A stretch of DNA of 64,000 nt, from positions 3,789-67,788 of the forward strand of contig JAQUWY010000005.1 in the NCBI GenBank assembly GCA_028692655.1, in the 5' to 3' direction. A model generated the notes under the pieces. That model was not told where the DNA came from. It was given only the letters and a program-made list of their open reading frames with translations, and did not search any database. The stretch's first letter is position 1. Each line of letters opens with the position of its first letter. This DNA is from Candidatus Omnitrophota bacterium (lineage in GTDB: Bacteria > Omnitrophota > Gorgyraeia > Duberdicusellales > 4484-171). Shown here piece by piece: positions 42,732-51,061 of the stretch. Position numbers and translations under genes: made by a program.

Positions 42732-42828
42732 TTTTAAATGTATATATAAAATAAAGGAAGAAAAAATTCCCCCTTACCCCCATCAATAAGACTCGCATTT
42801 TTTCAAGTTATGAGCGAAGAAAAAATGC

Positions 42829-43158
42829 TTAGTCGAATTGACCCCGCTCTTTTGGCGGAAGTCCTATAGTTAAACTGTGCTCCAAACGCCGTTTTAAATG
42901 ACCAATCGCGCTTCCATGATGTTTTAACTTATTTTCACGTTTGACCGCATCGCGTTTATCTAAGTAAGCCTCGTAATAAATCAATGTAAGCGGCCGGCGA
43001 TCCTTAGTAGAAGCAACTTTCCCTTTATTATGGGCTTTTATACGTGTTTCAATACTTTCGGTATCTCCCACATATATTTTTTTGTCTGTCTGGCTTTTAA
43101 GTATATACAAATAATGCATTGTATCTGCTCCGCCAAAAGGGCGGGGTTTTTCGGCCAT
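42829..43158 (-). CDS. GIY-YIG nuclease-superfamily small protein (109 aa).
   Basis: MAEKPRPFGGADTMHYLYILKSQTDKKIYVGDTESIETRIKAHNKGK...RENKLKH carries the GIY ... YIG ... R ... E ... N pattern. Confidence 0.8.
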   Translation of the reverse strand: MAEKPRPFGGADTMHYLYILKSQTDKKIYVGDTESIETRIKAHNKGKVASTKDRRPLTLIYYEAYLDKRDAVKRENKLKHHGSAIGHLKRRLEHSLTIGLPPKERGQFD

Positions 43159-43159
43159 A

Positions 43160-43215
43160 CGGCCTCAAAAAAAAAGAGCCGGATTACCATTTAGAATTTC
43201 GGTAACCCGGCCATC
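43160..43215 (-). terminator. Hairpin + U9 tract immediately upstream of the SD/ATG of the GIY-YIG gene.
   Basis: Minus strand: GGCCGGGTTACC-gaaattctaaat-GGTAATCCGGCTC TTTTTTTTT GAGGCCGT ATG. Confidence 0.45.
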
Positions 43216-43254
43216 CTTTTCTTGTTTAACTTATACGCAAATCTTCACAAATTA

Positions 43255-43400
43255 CACTCGAATAGACACGAATAAACTAGTTTACTTAGTGTTTCAATTC
43301 GTGCTCATTTGTGTGCAATTCGTGTTCATTCGCGTTTCTAGGACCCGTGGCTTTGCGCCTCTCGATTACTCGAGATTTGCCTTTTTCGTTTCCTAACACA
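43255..43400 (-). promoter_or_regulatory. Upstream leader module, copy D (upstream of the GIY-YIG gene). Partial: CAATTCGTG/CATTCGCG direct repeats + core + one hairpin.
   Basis: cattcgcgtttctaggacccgtggctttgcgcctctcgattactcgagatttgcc. Confidence 0.5.
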
Positions 43401-43639
43401 AGATGCTAATGCACTAAAAATATAACATATAATGTATATATAAGTCAACAAAAAAGTGAAGAAAATCGATGATTTTGTAAACGGTTCGAAAAGGGTTGGT
43501 TTGAGTTTTACTTTGATACAAACAAAATATAACACACAGCTGTCATATTATAAGCCCTTTGAAATATATTGTTAACTATTATGGACGAAAACGCTCGTAA
43601 CTTCCTTGAAAGCTTATATTTGTGCAAATGTTTTGTATA

Positions 43640-45613
43640 TCATCTCGGGGCTCTAATGGCTCCTTGCCGTAATAAAGGGCTCCCTTTTAGCAGGATAACA
43701 TTTGAGCTTCCTATTGCTTGGACATCCTTTTCCTGGTCAATTTGATACATACTGGGCATTTGTGCTTCTTCGATAATGCTTACCCTGGGGACCTTATTCA
43801 AATCATCATAGACAATTTCCATCTCAGGCGTCACAAGCATCTGCTCTATTTGCTCTCCTGAAATTCCCAGGGTGTTGACCACACCAGCCCTTAGCTCATC
43901 GCTAACGTTGATTACACTCTTATAATTTATTGCCTTACCTGAACCATTTACCGGAACAGCATAAGTTGAATTTTTGATTAAATTAGAAGTGCTGTATGAG
44001 CTATTTGAAATTTCATCCTGCCTTAGATTAGCCAATTGTTTGAATGCCGGACTTAAAGCCTTCTGCATTTTGGCCAAATCAGGGCTTCCCAGCTTATCGG
44101 AAACCCGGCTTAAGCGGTTAAAAGAAACTTTAAGTTCAGAATTCAAGGCTTCTTTAAGGGGTAATTCTTTAAGTTTTAAATCAGCTAATTTGCTGAAATC
44201 CGAAGCTATTTTTGCCGCGTTGTGTTCATCAAAATTATTTCTTTTTAGCTTCTCAGAAGATATTTCTGCCAAGCGCGAAAAATCATTATTCATCTGATAA
44301 GGCATAGTATAGTCCCTTGTAATACCGGCAAGATCCATCAATTCCGGATCGATTATTTCCTGTGAATCAAAACCGCCGGAGGCAAGCTGTGAAATGTCTT
44401 GTGATAAATCCGCCAAGCGAGTCATACTGGAATTTTCCCGGCTTAAGCGTGACAAATCCGGTTTTAATTTGTTTTCTAAATTGTTGATTCCGGCAAGTCT
44501 TTGCAGTTTTGAATCAAAACTCTTAGGGCTTAACTCCCGCAAAGAACTGCGGGTATTAGCAAGAGAAATAGTTTCTCTTTGCGCCAGGCCCTGGAGCCTA
44601 TTTATATCGGGGCTCTGAAACGCGGCTCTTGTTGGCCTTTGAACATTGACCCTGTCAACCATTCTTTGGATTTTTGTTTCTAAGTTATTTACCGGATTCT
44701 GGTTTGTTCTGGCTAATTTTTCCAGCTTATCCAGAGTCTTTGATTTATCCAATCCTAATGCAGGTTTTTTGGCGTTTGTCCTATCAGCCAACTGCTGCAT
44801 TCTATCTTCTAAATTACCTGGCCTCTGGCTGGTTTTGGTAGGTTTTTGCGTCTTGGCCATAGAGGGTTTTTCAGCACTATCGGCTATTTTTTGCTGCTGC
44901 TTATCAGCCAAAGCTTCTGCTCTCTGTCGAGATTGCTCAAGGTTATTCTTCTTCGCTAAGTCATTTTTTTGAGATTGAGGATTGAGCTTTTCACTATCTG
45001 TTGCGTGATTTTGCGTAAATGTTTTCTTGGCTAAATCAGGGACAGAGGGCTGGCCACCAGGAGGATTCTGTTTAAGTTTAGCGAATGCATCCGGTCCATA
45101 ATCTGTCCCGGTTTTGGTTTTAGAACCTGTGGCCAAATTACCTCTACCGGCTGAAGCTGCAGGCGTTGCATTTCTTGCAGTAGTAGCTGAACCAGTCCCG
45201 GGGCTTTTAACTTCACTGGAAGCAGCCGCGGCTTTTCGAAAATTCTCCCATTGATTCTTAAACTGTTTCTGAGCACTTTGAGCAGTAGACGCTATTGCCC
45301 CATAAACGGCTTTAGAAGCGGCCTTGGCTTGTCCGGGCGTTATTCCTCCGCCTATTGATTTCACATTAACTATTGTATCCCCATCGCCAGGACCATTTCC
45401 TACCTCGGGTACTGTTATGCTACGGGGACAACTCTTCGGCGCAGGTTGACAGAATCCATAATTCAAAAAGACAAAACTCAATAGCACCGAACATAAACCC
45501 ACCACAATAATTTTTCTAAGAGTTTTAAGTTGTGGCTTTTTGCTTCTTATGTTCATACCAGCCGTCCTGTCAAAAAAAATAGGGAAGCTTTCGCCTCCCT
45601 TTATATCTTCCAT
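43640..45613 (-). CDS. Membrane-anchored / secreted low-complexity repeat protein (657 aa; repeated ..SRLA.. / ..LxRLAx.. units).
   Basis: Track ORF. It has an N-terminal TM helix (IIVVGLCSVLLSFVFLNYGFC) and Ala/Lys/Gln-rich repeats related to the KPSFxKxAN family. Confidence 0.7.
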   Translation of the reverse strand: MEDIKGGESFPIFFDRTAGMNIRSKKPQLKTLRKIIVVGLCSVLLSFVFLNYGFCQPAPKSCPRSITVPEVGNGPGDGDTIVNVKSIGGGITPGQAKAASKAVYGAIASTAQSAQKQFKNQWENFRKAAAASSEVKSPGTGSATTARNATPAASAGRGNLATGSKTKTGTDYGPDAFAKLKQNPPGGQPSVPDLAKKTFTQNHATDSEKLNPQSQKNDLAKKNNLEQSRQRAEALADKQQQKIADSAEKPSMAKTQKPTKTSQRPGNLEDRMQQLADRTNAKKPALGLDKSKTLDKLEKLARTNQNPVNNLETKIQRMVDRVNVQRPTRAAFQSPDINRLQGLAQRETISLANTRSSLRELSPKSFDSKLQRLAGINNLENKLKPDLSRLSRENSSMTRLADLSQDISQLASGGFDSQEIIDPELMDLAGITRDYTMPYQMNNDFSRLAEISSEKLKRNNFDEHNAAKIASDFSKLADLKLKELPLKEALNSELKVSFNRLSRVSDKLGSPDLAKMQKALSPAFKQLANLRQDEISNSSYSTSNLIKNSTYAVPVNGSGKAINYKSVINVSDELRAGVVNTLGISGEQIEQMLVTPEMEIVYDDLNKVPRVSIIEEAQMPSMYQIDQEKDVQAIGSSNVILLKGSPLLRQGAIRAPR

Positions 45614-45881
45614 TAATTTGTCCCATTATCCTCCACGGACTTCGCATAAATTTACCCCGCGCTTATCTTTTCCGTGGCTTTTACCGCACCCCCTGCGGCA
45701 CTATATTTACAAAGAACTTCTGTATTTTAGTATAACACTTCCTTGTTAAAAAAGTCAATGTAGTTTATATATAAATTGTAAGCGTTTTCAATAGGTTTCT
45801 CTTATTTAAACTCGGAAATTCCAAAAACGCCAACCGCCAATAATCACACCTCTATTTATTCCAATGCTACGGAAATACGAT

Positions 45882-45912
45882 ATTACCAAAAAATGACGAT
45901 GCGGGTTCGTCA
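45882..45912. terminator. Bidirectional terminator-type hairpin (A-tract-hairpin-T-tract), downstream of 46059..46862. Copy 1 of a repeated element.
   Basis: ccaaaaaATGACGAtgcgggtTCGTCATttttttgg. Confidence 0.55.
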
Positions 45913-46058
45913 TTTTTTGGTTTATTGATATAACTTGCGACTTACGGACTATAACTATAGCTTGTAATGCTTAACATTTCCGTTTGCCAATCTGGACAAT
46001 AATAATTATAACATTCTATTTTAAAATTAGTTATAAAAACTATTTGTTATATTTCTCT

Positions 46059-46862
46059 TTAAAGCCACGGTTGATAATCTTTATATGGATCTTCATTCCC
46101 GGGTGGCAGTATTCGCTCTGGCTCTCCATTCCAAGAATCATATTCCTCCTTATCCATCCCCCTGAATCCCTCATTTTGCTTTCTCAATAACTCTGACTGA
46201 TACTCGGGATTGTCATAAGCCGGATCATACGATGCTATCTGATATTCACCCTCGTCCCGATTATGGCCTAAAATCCTGTTGATTTCAGCCAACGTGCTTT
46301 TGTATTCTGCTAAATCACCGTCTTCTTTAGTATCCCAGCTAAACTCTCCTTCCTGATTAAGCCCGCCATGACCGGCAACAACGGTTAGGCCTTTATCTGA
46401 AAGCCTCATTTTACTTAAATCTTCGACCCAGGTTTCTTTCTTATAGTCATAAACCGCAAATTGATTTTTGCCGCCTTCACCAGTAGTAACAAAAACCCCG
46501 ATATGCGTACCAGTTACCGCATCTTTCACATCCACCCCGGTTACTCCGGACTGCTGACCGCTATGGTGCCTTTTTGCTTCTATCTCCTGAGTCCGGGCTG
46601 CCTCGCGGCTATGAGTATTTATTATGGCTCCATTCCTTACCTGCTCTGGGCTTGTGTAGTTTGGATGGCTTACCTGTCCCCGCGGTCCCAAAGTGTTGTA
46701 ACGGTCTTGGCCAATAGCGTTTTCATCAGTGGTCCATTTAGAGTTATTAACATACTGAGTGAAACCCTCCAAACAAAAGAATAACCCTACTGCCAGAGCA
46801 CAAAAGAATATGCTTAGCTGCCAAAAACTTCCCTTTTTTTTAGAAGAACTTCTTCCCCTCAT
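46059..46862 (-). CDS. Secreted hypothetical protein (267 aa). Paralog of 46958..48028.
   Basis: It has a signal peptide (FWQLSIFFCALAVGLFFCLEG) and an SD GGGGG 7 nt upstream of the ATG. It shares a ~85-aa block (VTGTHIGVFVTTGEGGKNQFAVYDYKKETWVEDL..GHGGLNQEGEFSW) with the next gene. Confidence 0.7.
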   Translation of the reverse strand: MRGRSSSKKKGSFWQLSIFFCALAVGLFFCLEGFTQYVNNSKWTTDENAIGQDRYNTLGPRGQVSHPNYTSPEQVRNGAIINTHSREAARTQEIEAKRHHSGQQSGVTGVDVKDAVTGTHIGVFVTTGEGGKNQFAVYDYKKETWVEDLSKMRLSDKGLTVVAGHGGLNQEGEFSWDTKEDGDLAEYKSTLAEINRILGHNRDEGEYQIASYDPAYDNPEYQSELLRKQNEGFRGMDKEEYDSWNGEPERILPPGNEDPYKDYQPWL

Positions 46863-46957
46863 ATTTACCCCCTTTTTTATCCCTATATAATGTCTTAAAC
46901 ACAGTTAATATTAAACTTTTTACACCACAAATTTATGCTATACGCAAAACCGACTAA

Positions 46958-48028
46958 TTAATATTCATAAGCAAAGAAAATCGGCCTTCCTTCTGCATTA
47001 ATTCCTCCCATAACTTCATAAATCCTGCCATTTTCTAAAATTCTTTGCAATTTCGGCTCTTTTGTAACTGAAGTCAATTTACCAATATTACTGGTTTCTA
47101 TCTTGGCTAATGCCCAAGCTAAAGCGGCTTCGCGGTTATTAGGAAAATTGCTTATTGCCAGCTCTGGCCTAACTACTTCCCCCTTAACGCCTCTGGCATT
47201 AACGAATTCTTCTAAACCTGTAATTTTAACAGGGTAGCTCACACTCTGGCCTAAATCACTGGGAGATTCAGAAACAAACTCAGCTTTTTTAATTAAAGAG
47301 TCAGAGCCGCGATTAAAAGAAGCAAAAATATTGAGCTCATCAAGGGTTGTTTTATACTCCCTCTGACTGCCCCATTCAATGGTATCCCCATTGCCATAAC
47401 CTACTAAAACATTCAAACCCTTCTGGGAAAGAAAAGTATTTGCTGCTCCATACTTGCCCGTATCCCTGTCATAGACTTCATAAACATTGCGGCCCTGTTT
47501 ATCTTTAGTCGCGTAAATTACCACTTCCTTTCCGGTATGGGTATCGGTTACTTCTATTTGAGAAATACCCTCTCTCGCATCTCTATAGCGCTGAGTATCT
47601 ACCTCAATAACTTCCTTATATCCCTGTTGTTTTGATGACTCCTCATAGGCTTTCCGGGAAGCAATCTCAGGATTAATACTGCTTCTCCTATAATTTGGAC
47701 CAAACCAATTCTGGTATTGTTTATGCCTGGAAGCCTCTGCTTTGCGCTCATCAGGAGTCCAGTTGTTTTTAGATTGACGAGTATTCTGGCCTTGGGAAAC
47801 CGGTGCAGAATTTGACACGCTTCTTTGACTAACCACATGCCCGGAAGAAGATTCTTTGGCATTTGGCTGTGATGTGCCGGAATTATATGACACCTGTTGG
47901 TTATTGTTATATCTTTGCCCTCTGAAAGATCTCAAAAGACCCCTCGCTTGAGCTTGCTGAGAAAAAACAGAACATAAAAGAACTAAAACCGATACAACTA
48001 GTTTTATTTGTGATTTATACTCACACAT
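46958..48028 (-). CDS. Secreted hypothetical protein (356 aa). Paralog of 46059..46862.
   Basis: It has a signal peptide and the shared block VTDTHTGKEVVIYATKDKQGRNVYEVYDRDTGKYG..GYGNGDTIEWGSQ. An AGGGGAGGCAGAT SD precedes the ATG. Confidence 0.7.
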   Translation of the reverse strand: MCEYKSQIKLVVSVLVLLCSVFSQQAQARGLLRSFRGQRYNNNQQVSYNSGTSQPNAKESSSGHVVSQRSVSNSAPVSQGQNTRQSKNNWTPDERKAEASRHKQYQNWFGPNYRRSSINPEIASRKAYEESSKQQGYKEVIEVDTQRYRDAREGISQIEVTDTHTGKEVVIYATKDKQGRNVYEVYDRDTGKYGAANTFLSQKGLNVLVGYGNGDTIEWGSQREYKTTLDELNIFASFNRGSDSLIKKAEFVSESPSDLGQSVSYPVKITGLEEFVNARGVKGEVVRPELAISNFPNNREAALAWALAKIETSNIGKLTSVTKEPKLQRILENGRIYEVMGGINAEGRPIFFAYEY

Positions 48029-48057
48029 ATCTGCCTCCCCTTAGATTGAAACCGCTT

Positions 48058-48105
48058 ACAAAAATAAAAAACCGGGTTGCCTTTTTAGGAATTTCGGCAA
48101 CCCGG
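48058..48105 (-). terminator. Terminator-like hairpin + U-tract on the minus strand, placed between leader module A and the SD of 46958..48028. Candidate attenuator or expression platform.
   Basis: Minus strand: CCGGGTTGCC-gaaattcctaaaaa-GGCAACCCGG TTTTTTATTTTTG, then ..AAGGGGAGGCAGAT ATG. Confidence 0.5.
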
Positions 48106-48107
48106 CT

Positions 48108-48330
48108 GACCTATCTTACAGACTGCATGAATTTAAGCAAGATTACCCATTTTTTTACTGGGTTTTCTCTTATAAATCTGCGATCATCTGCGTTTCTTTC
48201 AATCTGCGCTAATCTGCGCCTAAAAGGTCCCGTGGTTTTGCCCAGCATTGCAATAAATTCAATGCCGGATCACAACACATATTTATATGTGCCGGACGTC
48301 TCCCGATTACTCGGGATTTGCTCTTATCGC
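48108..48330 (-). promoter_or_regulatory. Conserved ~225-bp upstream leader module, copy A.
   Basis: Minus-strand order is three hairpins, the GGCAAARCCACGGGACC core, then 4x CGCAGAT (plus-strand ATCTGCG at 48176, 48186, 48202, 48212). It is ~95% identical to copy B except inside the hairpin stems, which differ by compensatory changes. Confidence 0.7.
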
Positions 48331-48367
48331 CTCCCCAACGATAATCACAATTTATCAAATTATAAAA

Positions 48368-49495
48368 CTATTCTTCCTCAGCAGCAATAAAAGCTTTCAG
48401 AGCAAGATTGTCTATTTCCTGGCGTAATTCATCATCTCCCGGCTTTAAAGTCAACTGTGCGGAATCTATAATATCCGCACTCTCCTCCAGTATATTTATA
48501 GGCTCTTGTAATTGTATGTCATCTAAAGCGGAAATATTTGGTATAAATCTATCGGATACAGGGGCTTTAGAAAGTAAATTCTTAGGTATAGCCAATTCAG
48601 TTAAGCCTGTGCTTCGGTTAGATAAGCTCTTCATAGACACATCCTGTATAGACGAAAAGCTTTCACTTATATTTGATAAATCCTTAAAAGATGGCTTAAG
48701 CTCTCCAGACATGCCCGGGCTTATATTAGCCAAATTGATAAAAGAAGGCCTTAAGCCCACATCTAAAGAAACTGTTCTGGCAAGATTAGTAAACGCCTGG
48801 CTTAAACCACCGGAAACTGCCGGGCTGATATTAGCTAACTTTGTAAAAGAAGGTTTCAGGCCTGAGGCAAAAGCCGGGCTTAAGCTTGCTAACTTTGTAA
48901 AAGAAGGCGAAAGCCCCTCTGCCATAGCTGGATTTAAATTTGCCATTTTGGTAAAAGAAGGTGAGAGCTTCGGAGTCATGCCCGTGCCTAATTGGCCTAA
49001 GCGGCTAAAAGAGCTCTTGAGTTCATCTGCCTGAGGCCTTGAATTGGATGACGCCAAACGCTCAAAAGAAGAGTTAATGGCTGCTTTTGAAACTCCCGGG
49101 GCCATATCTGCAAGCTTAGTAAAGGAGGGTTTCAAATACACACTATTCATCTGGGGGTTAACCCCCGCCAGCCTGCTAAGCTCAGGTTTAATCCCGGCAT
49201 TAATACCTTTTTCGCTAAAACCGCTTAAACGGTTTAAACCGGGTTTGAGTTCCGTCTGAATTTGTTTTCCCTTTTCAGCTAAACGCTCAAGGCCTGGCTT
49301 AATAAATTCTTGCGTGTTGTATGTTCCTTCTTCGGCAAACTGGCCAAAACGGGAGTTGAGGTTTCCCAAGCGGTCCATCTGTTCAAACCTGTCCCAACGG
49401 TCAAAACCGCCCCAGGCATCTGCCCAGGCTGAGTTCGCCCCAGCACAAATCACAAACACCACTGCAAATACGCCAAACGCCTTTATTATTTTCAA
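48368..49495 (-). CDS. Secreted repeat protein (375 aa; TTG start). It has 17-aa repeats LKPSFTKLANISPAVSGG and a C-terminus ..LALKAFIAAEEE.
   Basis: Track ORF. Signal peptide MKIIKAFGVFAVVFVICAGANSAWA. The repeats were seen directly. Confidence 0.75.
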   Translation of the reverse strand: MKIIKAFGVFAVVFVICAGANSAWADAWGGFDRWDRFEQMDRLGNLNSRFGQFAEEGTYNTQEFIKPGLERLAEKGKQIQTELKPGLNRLSGFSEKGINAGIKPELSRLAGVNPQMNSVYLKPSFTKLADMAPGVSKAAINSSFERLASSNSRPQADELKSSFSRLGQLGTGMTPKLSPSFTKMANLNPAMAEGLSPSFTKLASLSPAFASGLKPSFTKLANISPAVSGGLSQAFTNLARTVSLDVGLRPSFINLANISPGMSGELKPSFKDLSNISESFSSIQDVSMKSLSNRSTGLTELAIPKNLLSKAPVSDRFIPNISALDDIQLQEPINILEESADIIDSAQLTLKPGDDELRQEIDNLALKAFIAAEEE

Positions 49496-49570
49496 ATTAC
49501 CCCCACAAACATTTATTCTCCGTTTAACAATAAGGCGTTAAACAAGAATTTCTCTCACAAAACTACCTGC

Positions 49571-50242
49571 CTAATTTCTCCATAATGGCCCGCGAAACTC
49601 TCCATTGCCATTAAAAATCCTATCATACAACTCTTTCACTTCTTTTTCTTCGCTATTTTTTCTTTTTGTTCCTAGTGTTTTTTTCTTAGCTTCTACTGTA
49701 GATTTTGCCTTCAATGCTTCCATTACCTGTTTTTCCTCTGAAGGCTTATATACATTAGCATGTGTTTCTGAAATTATTCGTTTTGATTCCTGAACTGTTG
49801 GTTGTGCTTTAGCCGTAGCTGTCGGTTCCTTTGCTGTATCGATTATTGCCTTATGAGTGGCATTCAACATTGCCCCTAATACAGTTGGCTTACCATTCTT
49901 CGATTGATTATTATCTGAAACAGCGGAACCATTCGCTTTCTTTCCCTTAGGAGTACTGCTAATTACCTCAAGCCCGGCTCGCGGCTGGCCTTCTTGTTGC
50001 GACATTTCTCCGCCGCCGCCAGCAGAAGAACTTTCTCCGCCGCCGCCGGAGCCTCCGCCGCCGCCGCGTCTCGCTTTAATTCTTCCTATGATACCTCGCC
50101 CGTTGTTCCATCTTTCACGTAAAGGGCCATTTCCTCTTCCCCATCTTCCCCAGGCATAAGCATCCGAGCCGGAAATTAAAATTGCCGTGCCTAAAACAAA
50201 AATTAAAAACATCAGTAGAGATTTGAGTTTACCTTTACCCAT
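49571..50242 (-). CDS. Secreted Gly-rich protein (223 aa; GGGGGSGGGGESSSAGGGG tract).
   Basis: Track ORF. It has a signal peptide, and an AGGGGAGGCAGAAA SD precedes the ATG. Confidence 0.6.
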   Translation of the reverse strand: MGKGKLKSLLMFLIFVLGTAILISGSDAYAWGRWGRGNGPLRERWNNGRGIIGRIKARRGGGGGSGGGGESSSAGGGGEMSQQEGQPRAGLEVISSTPKGKKANGSAVSDNNQSKNGKPTVLGAMLNATHKAIIDTAKEPTATAKAQPTVQESKRIISETHANVYKPSEEKQVMEALKAKSTVEAKKKTLGTKRKNSEEKEVKELYDRIFNGNGEFRGPLWRN

Positions 50243-50282
50243 TTTCTGCCTCCCCTAAATTAACTTTGCTGTTCGTTTCCAA

Positions 50283-50325
50283 AAATAAAAAGAGCCGCTC
50301 TCTATAATAATATGAGGCGGCCCGG
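50283..50325 (-). terminator. Terminator-like hairpin + U-tract between leader module B and the SD of 49571..50242.
   Basis: Minus strand: GCCGCCTC-atattattatagaga-GCGGC TCTTTTTATTTTTGG, then ..AGGGGAGGCAGAAA ATG. Confidence 0.45.
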
Positions 50326-50535
50326 CCAACCTATCTTACAGACTGCATGGATTTAAGCAAGATTACCCATTTTTTTACTGGGTTTTCTCTTATAAATCTG
50401 CGATCATCTGCGTTTCTTTCAATCTGCGCTAATCTGCGCCTAAAAGGTCCCGTGGCTTTGCCCAGCACTATAGTAAATTAGGTGCTGGATCGCGGCACAT
50501 ACTTATATGTGCCGGACGTCCCAGAATTTCTTCTG
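50308..50535 (-). promoter_or_regulatory. Conserved upstream leader module, copy B (upstream of 49571..50242).
   Basis: Aligned by eye to 48108-48330. Hairpins: cagcactatagtaaattaggtgctgg, cggcacatacttatatgtgccg, cccagaatttcttctgg. Confidence 0.7.
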
Positions 50536-50796
50536 GTTTGCCTTTATCTCTTTTACCACATAAATATAACACATTTTTTTGCTTGCGTTAAGCCCTTTTT
50601 AGAAAGAATTGATAACGGTTTCACGGTATATTTGCAATTAGCCTCCTAATTTACTTAATCATAACTACCGCAAAAGTTATTAATAAGTTTAAGCTATAAT
50701 CATAACATTTTAGGACAATAATGTTTATAAAATACTGCAAAAAAATAAGTTATGAATATATTTTATAACAAAAATGCATTATTTTACCCCAAAAAT

Positions 50797-50826
50797 GACG
50801 ATGCGGGTTCGTCATCTTTGGTTAAG
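50797..50826. terminator. Copy 2 of the ATGACGA..TCGTCAT hairpin, downstream of the TadC-like gene.
   Basis: ccccaaaaATGACGAtgcgggtTCGTCATctttgg. The minus-strand reverse complement ends in TTTTTGGGG. Confidence 0.5.
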
Positions 50827-50828
50827 CA

Positions 50829-50876
50829 ATTTATTTCTATGTATTTCCATATATTTCTACCGTATTTCTACTAAAG
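50829..50876. repeat. GAAATA-phased repeat element, copy 1 (reverse complement of 62492-62549 and 62616-62671).
   Basis: atttatttctatgtatttccatatatttctaccgtatttctactaaag. Confidence 0.7.
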
Positions 50877-50898
50877 AATAGATTATGATTTTTCTCAA

Positions 50899-50955
50899 CC
50901 TTAACCTTAACCTTAGCCTCTGCCTTTGCCTCAGCCTCAGCCTCAGCCTTAACCT
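50899..50955. repeat. Hexamer array (CCTYRR) of 9.5 units: ccttaa ccttaa ccttag cctctg cctttg cctcag cctcag cctcag ccttaa cct.
   Basis: Seen directly. A short reverse-complement copy lies at 62322-62340 and a related copy at 62741-62760. Confidence 0.8.
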
Positions 50956-51061
50956 GTATAGACTATCGTCTATGGACTCTCGACTGCTTGTCCTGAGTCT
51001 TTCGATTTCACTCAGGATAAACGTAATCGAAGGATGGACTTTTCTTAGGACTGGTCTTGAA

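Noticed and set aside
121-42700. About 120 plus-strand ORFs of 60-183 aa listed in the track across the first 42.7 kb.
   Set aside because: They are antisense to a continuous minus-strand coding frame. Their products are low-complexity (Ser/Leu/Phe-rich), without domains, and they tile the region irrespective of obvious gene structure.
42731-42731. Alternative downstream start codons for the giant ORF (for example the Met of MRVIAFFVLF).
   Set aside because: This is not resolved. No convincing SD lies before either ATG, so I kept the first ATG after the in-frame stop at 42774-42776 as the 5' boundary, with low confidence.
43485-43500. GGTTCGAA T-loop-like motif that might indicate a tRNA.
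   Set aside because: No acceptor stem, D-arm or anticodon arm can be built around it.
43338-43535. 65-aa minus-strand ORF in the spacer upstream of the GIY-YIG gene.
   Set aside because: It overlaps leader-module copy D, has an AT-rich low-complexity product and no SD. It is most likely noncoding.
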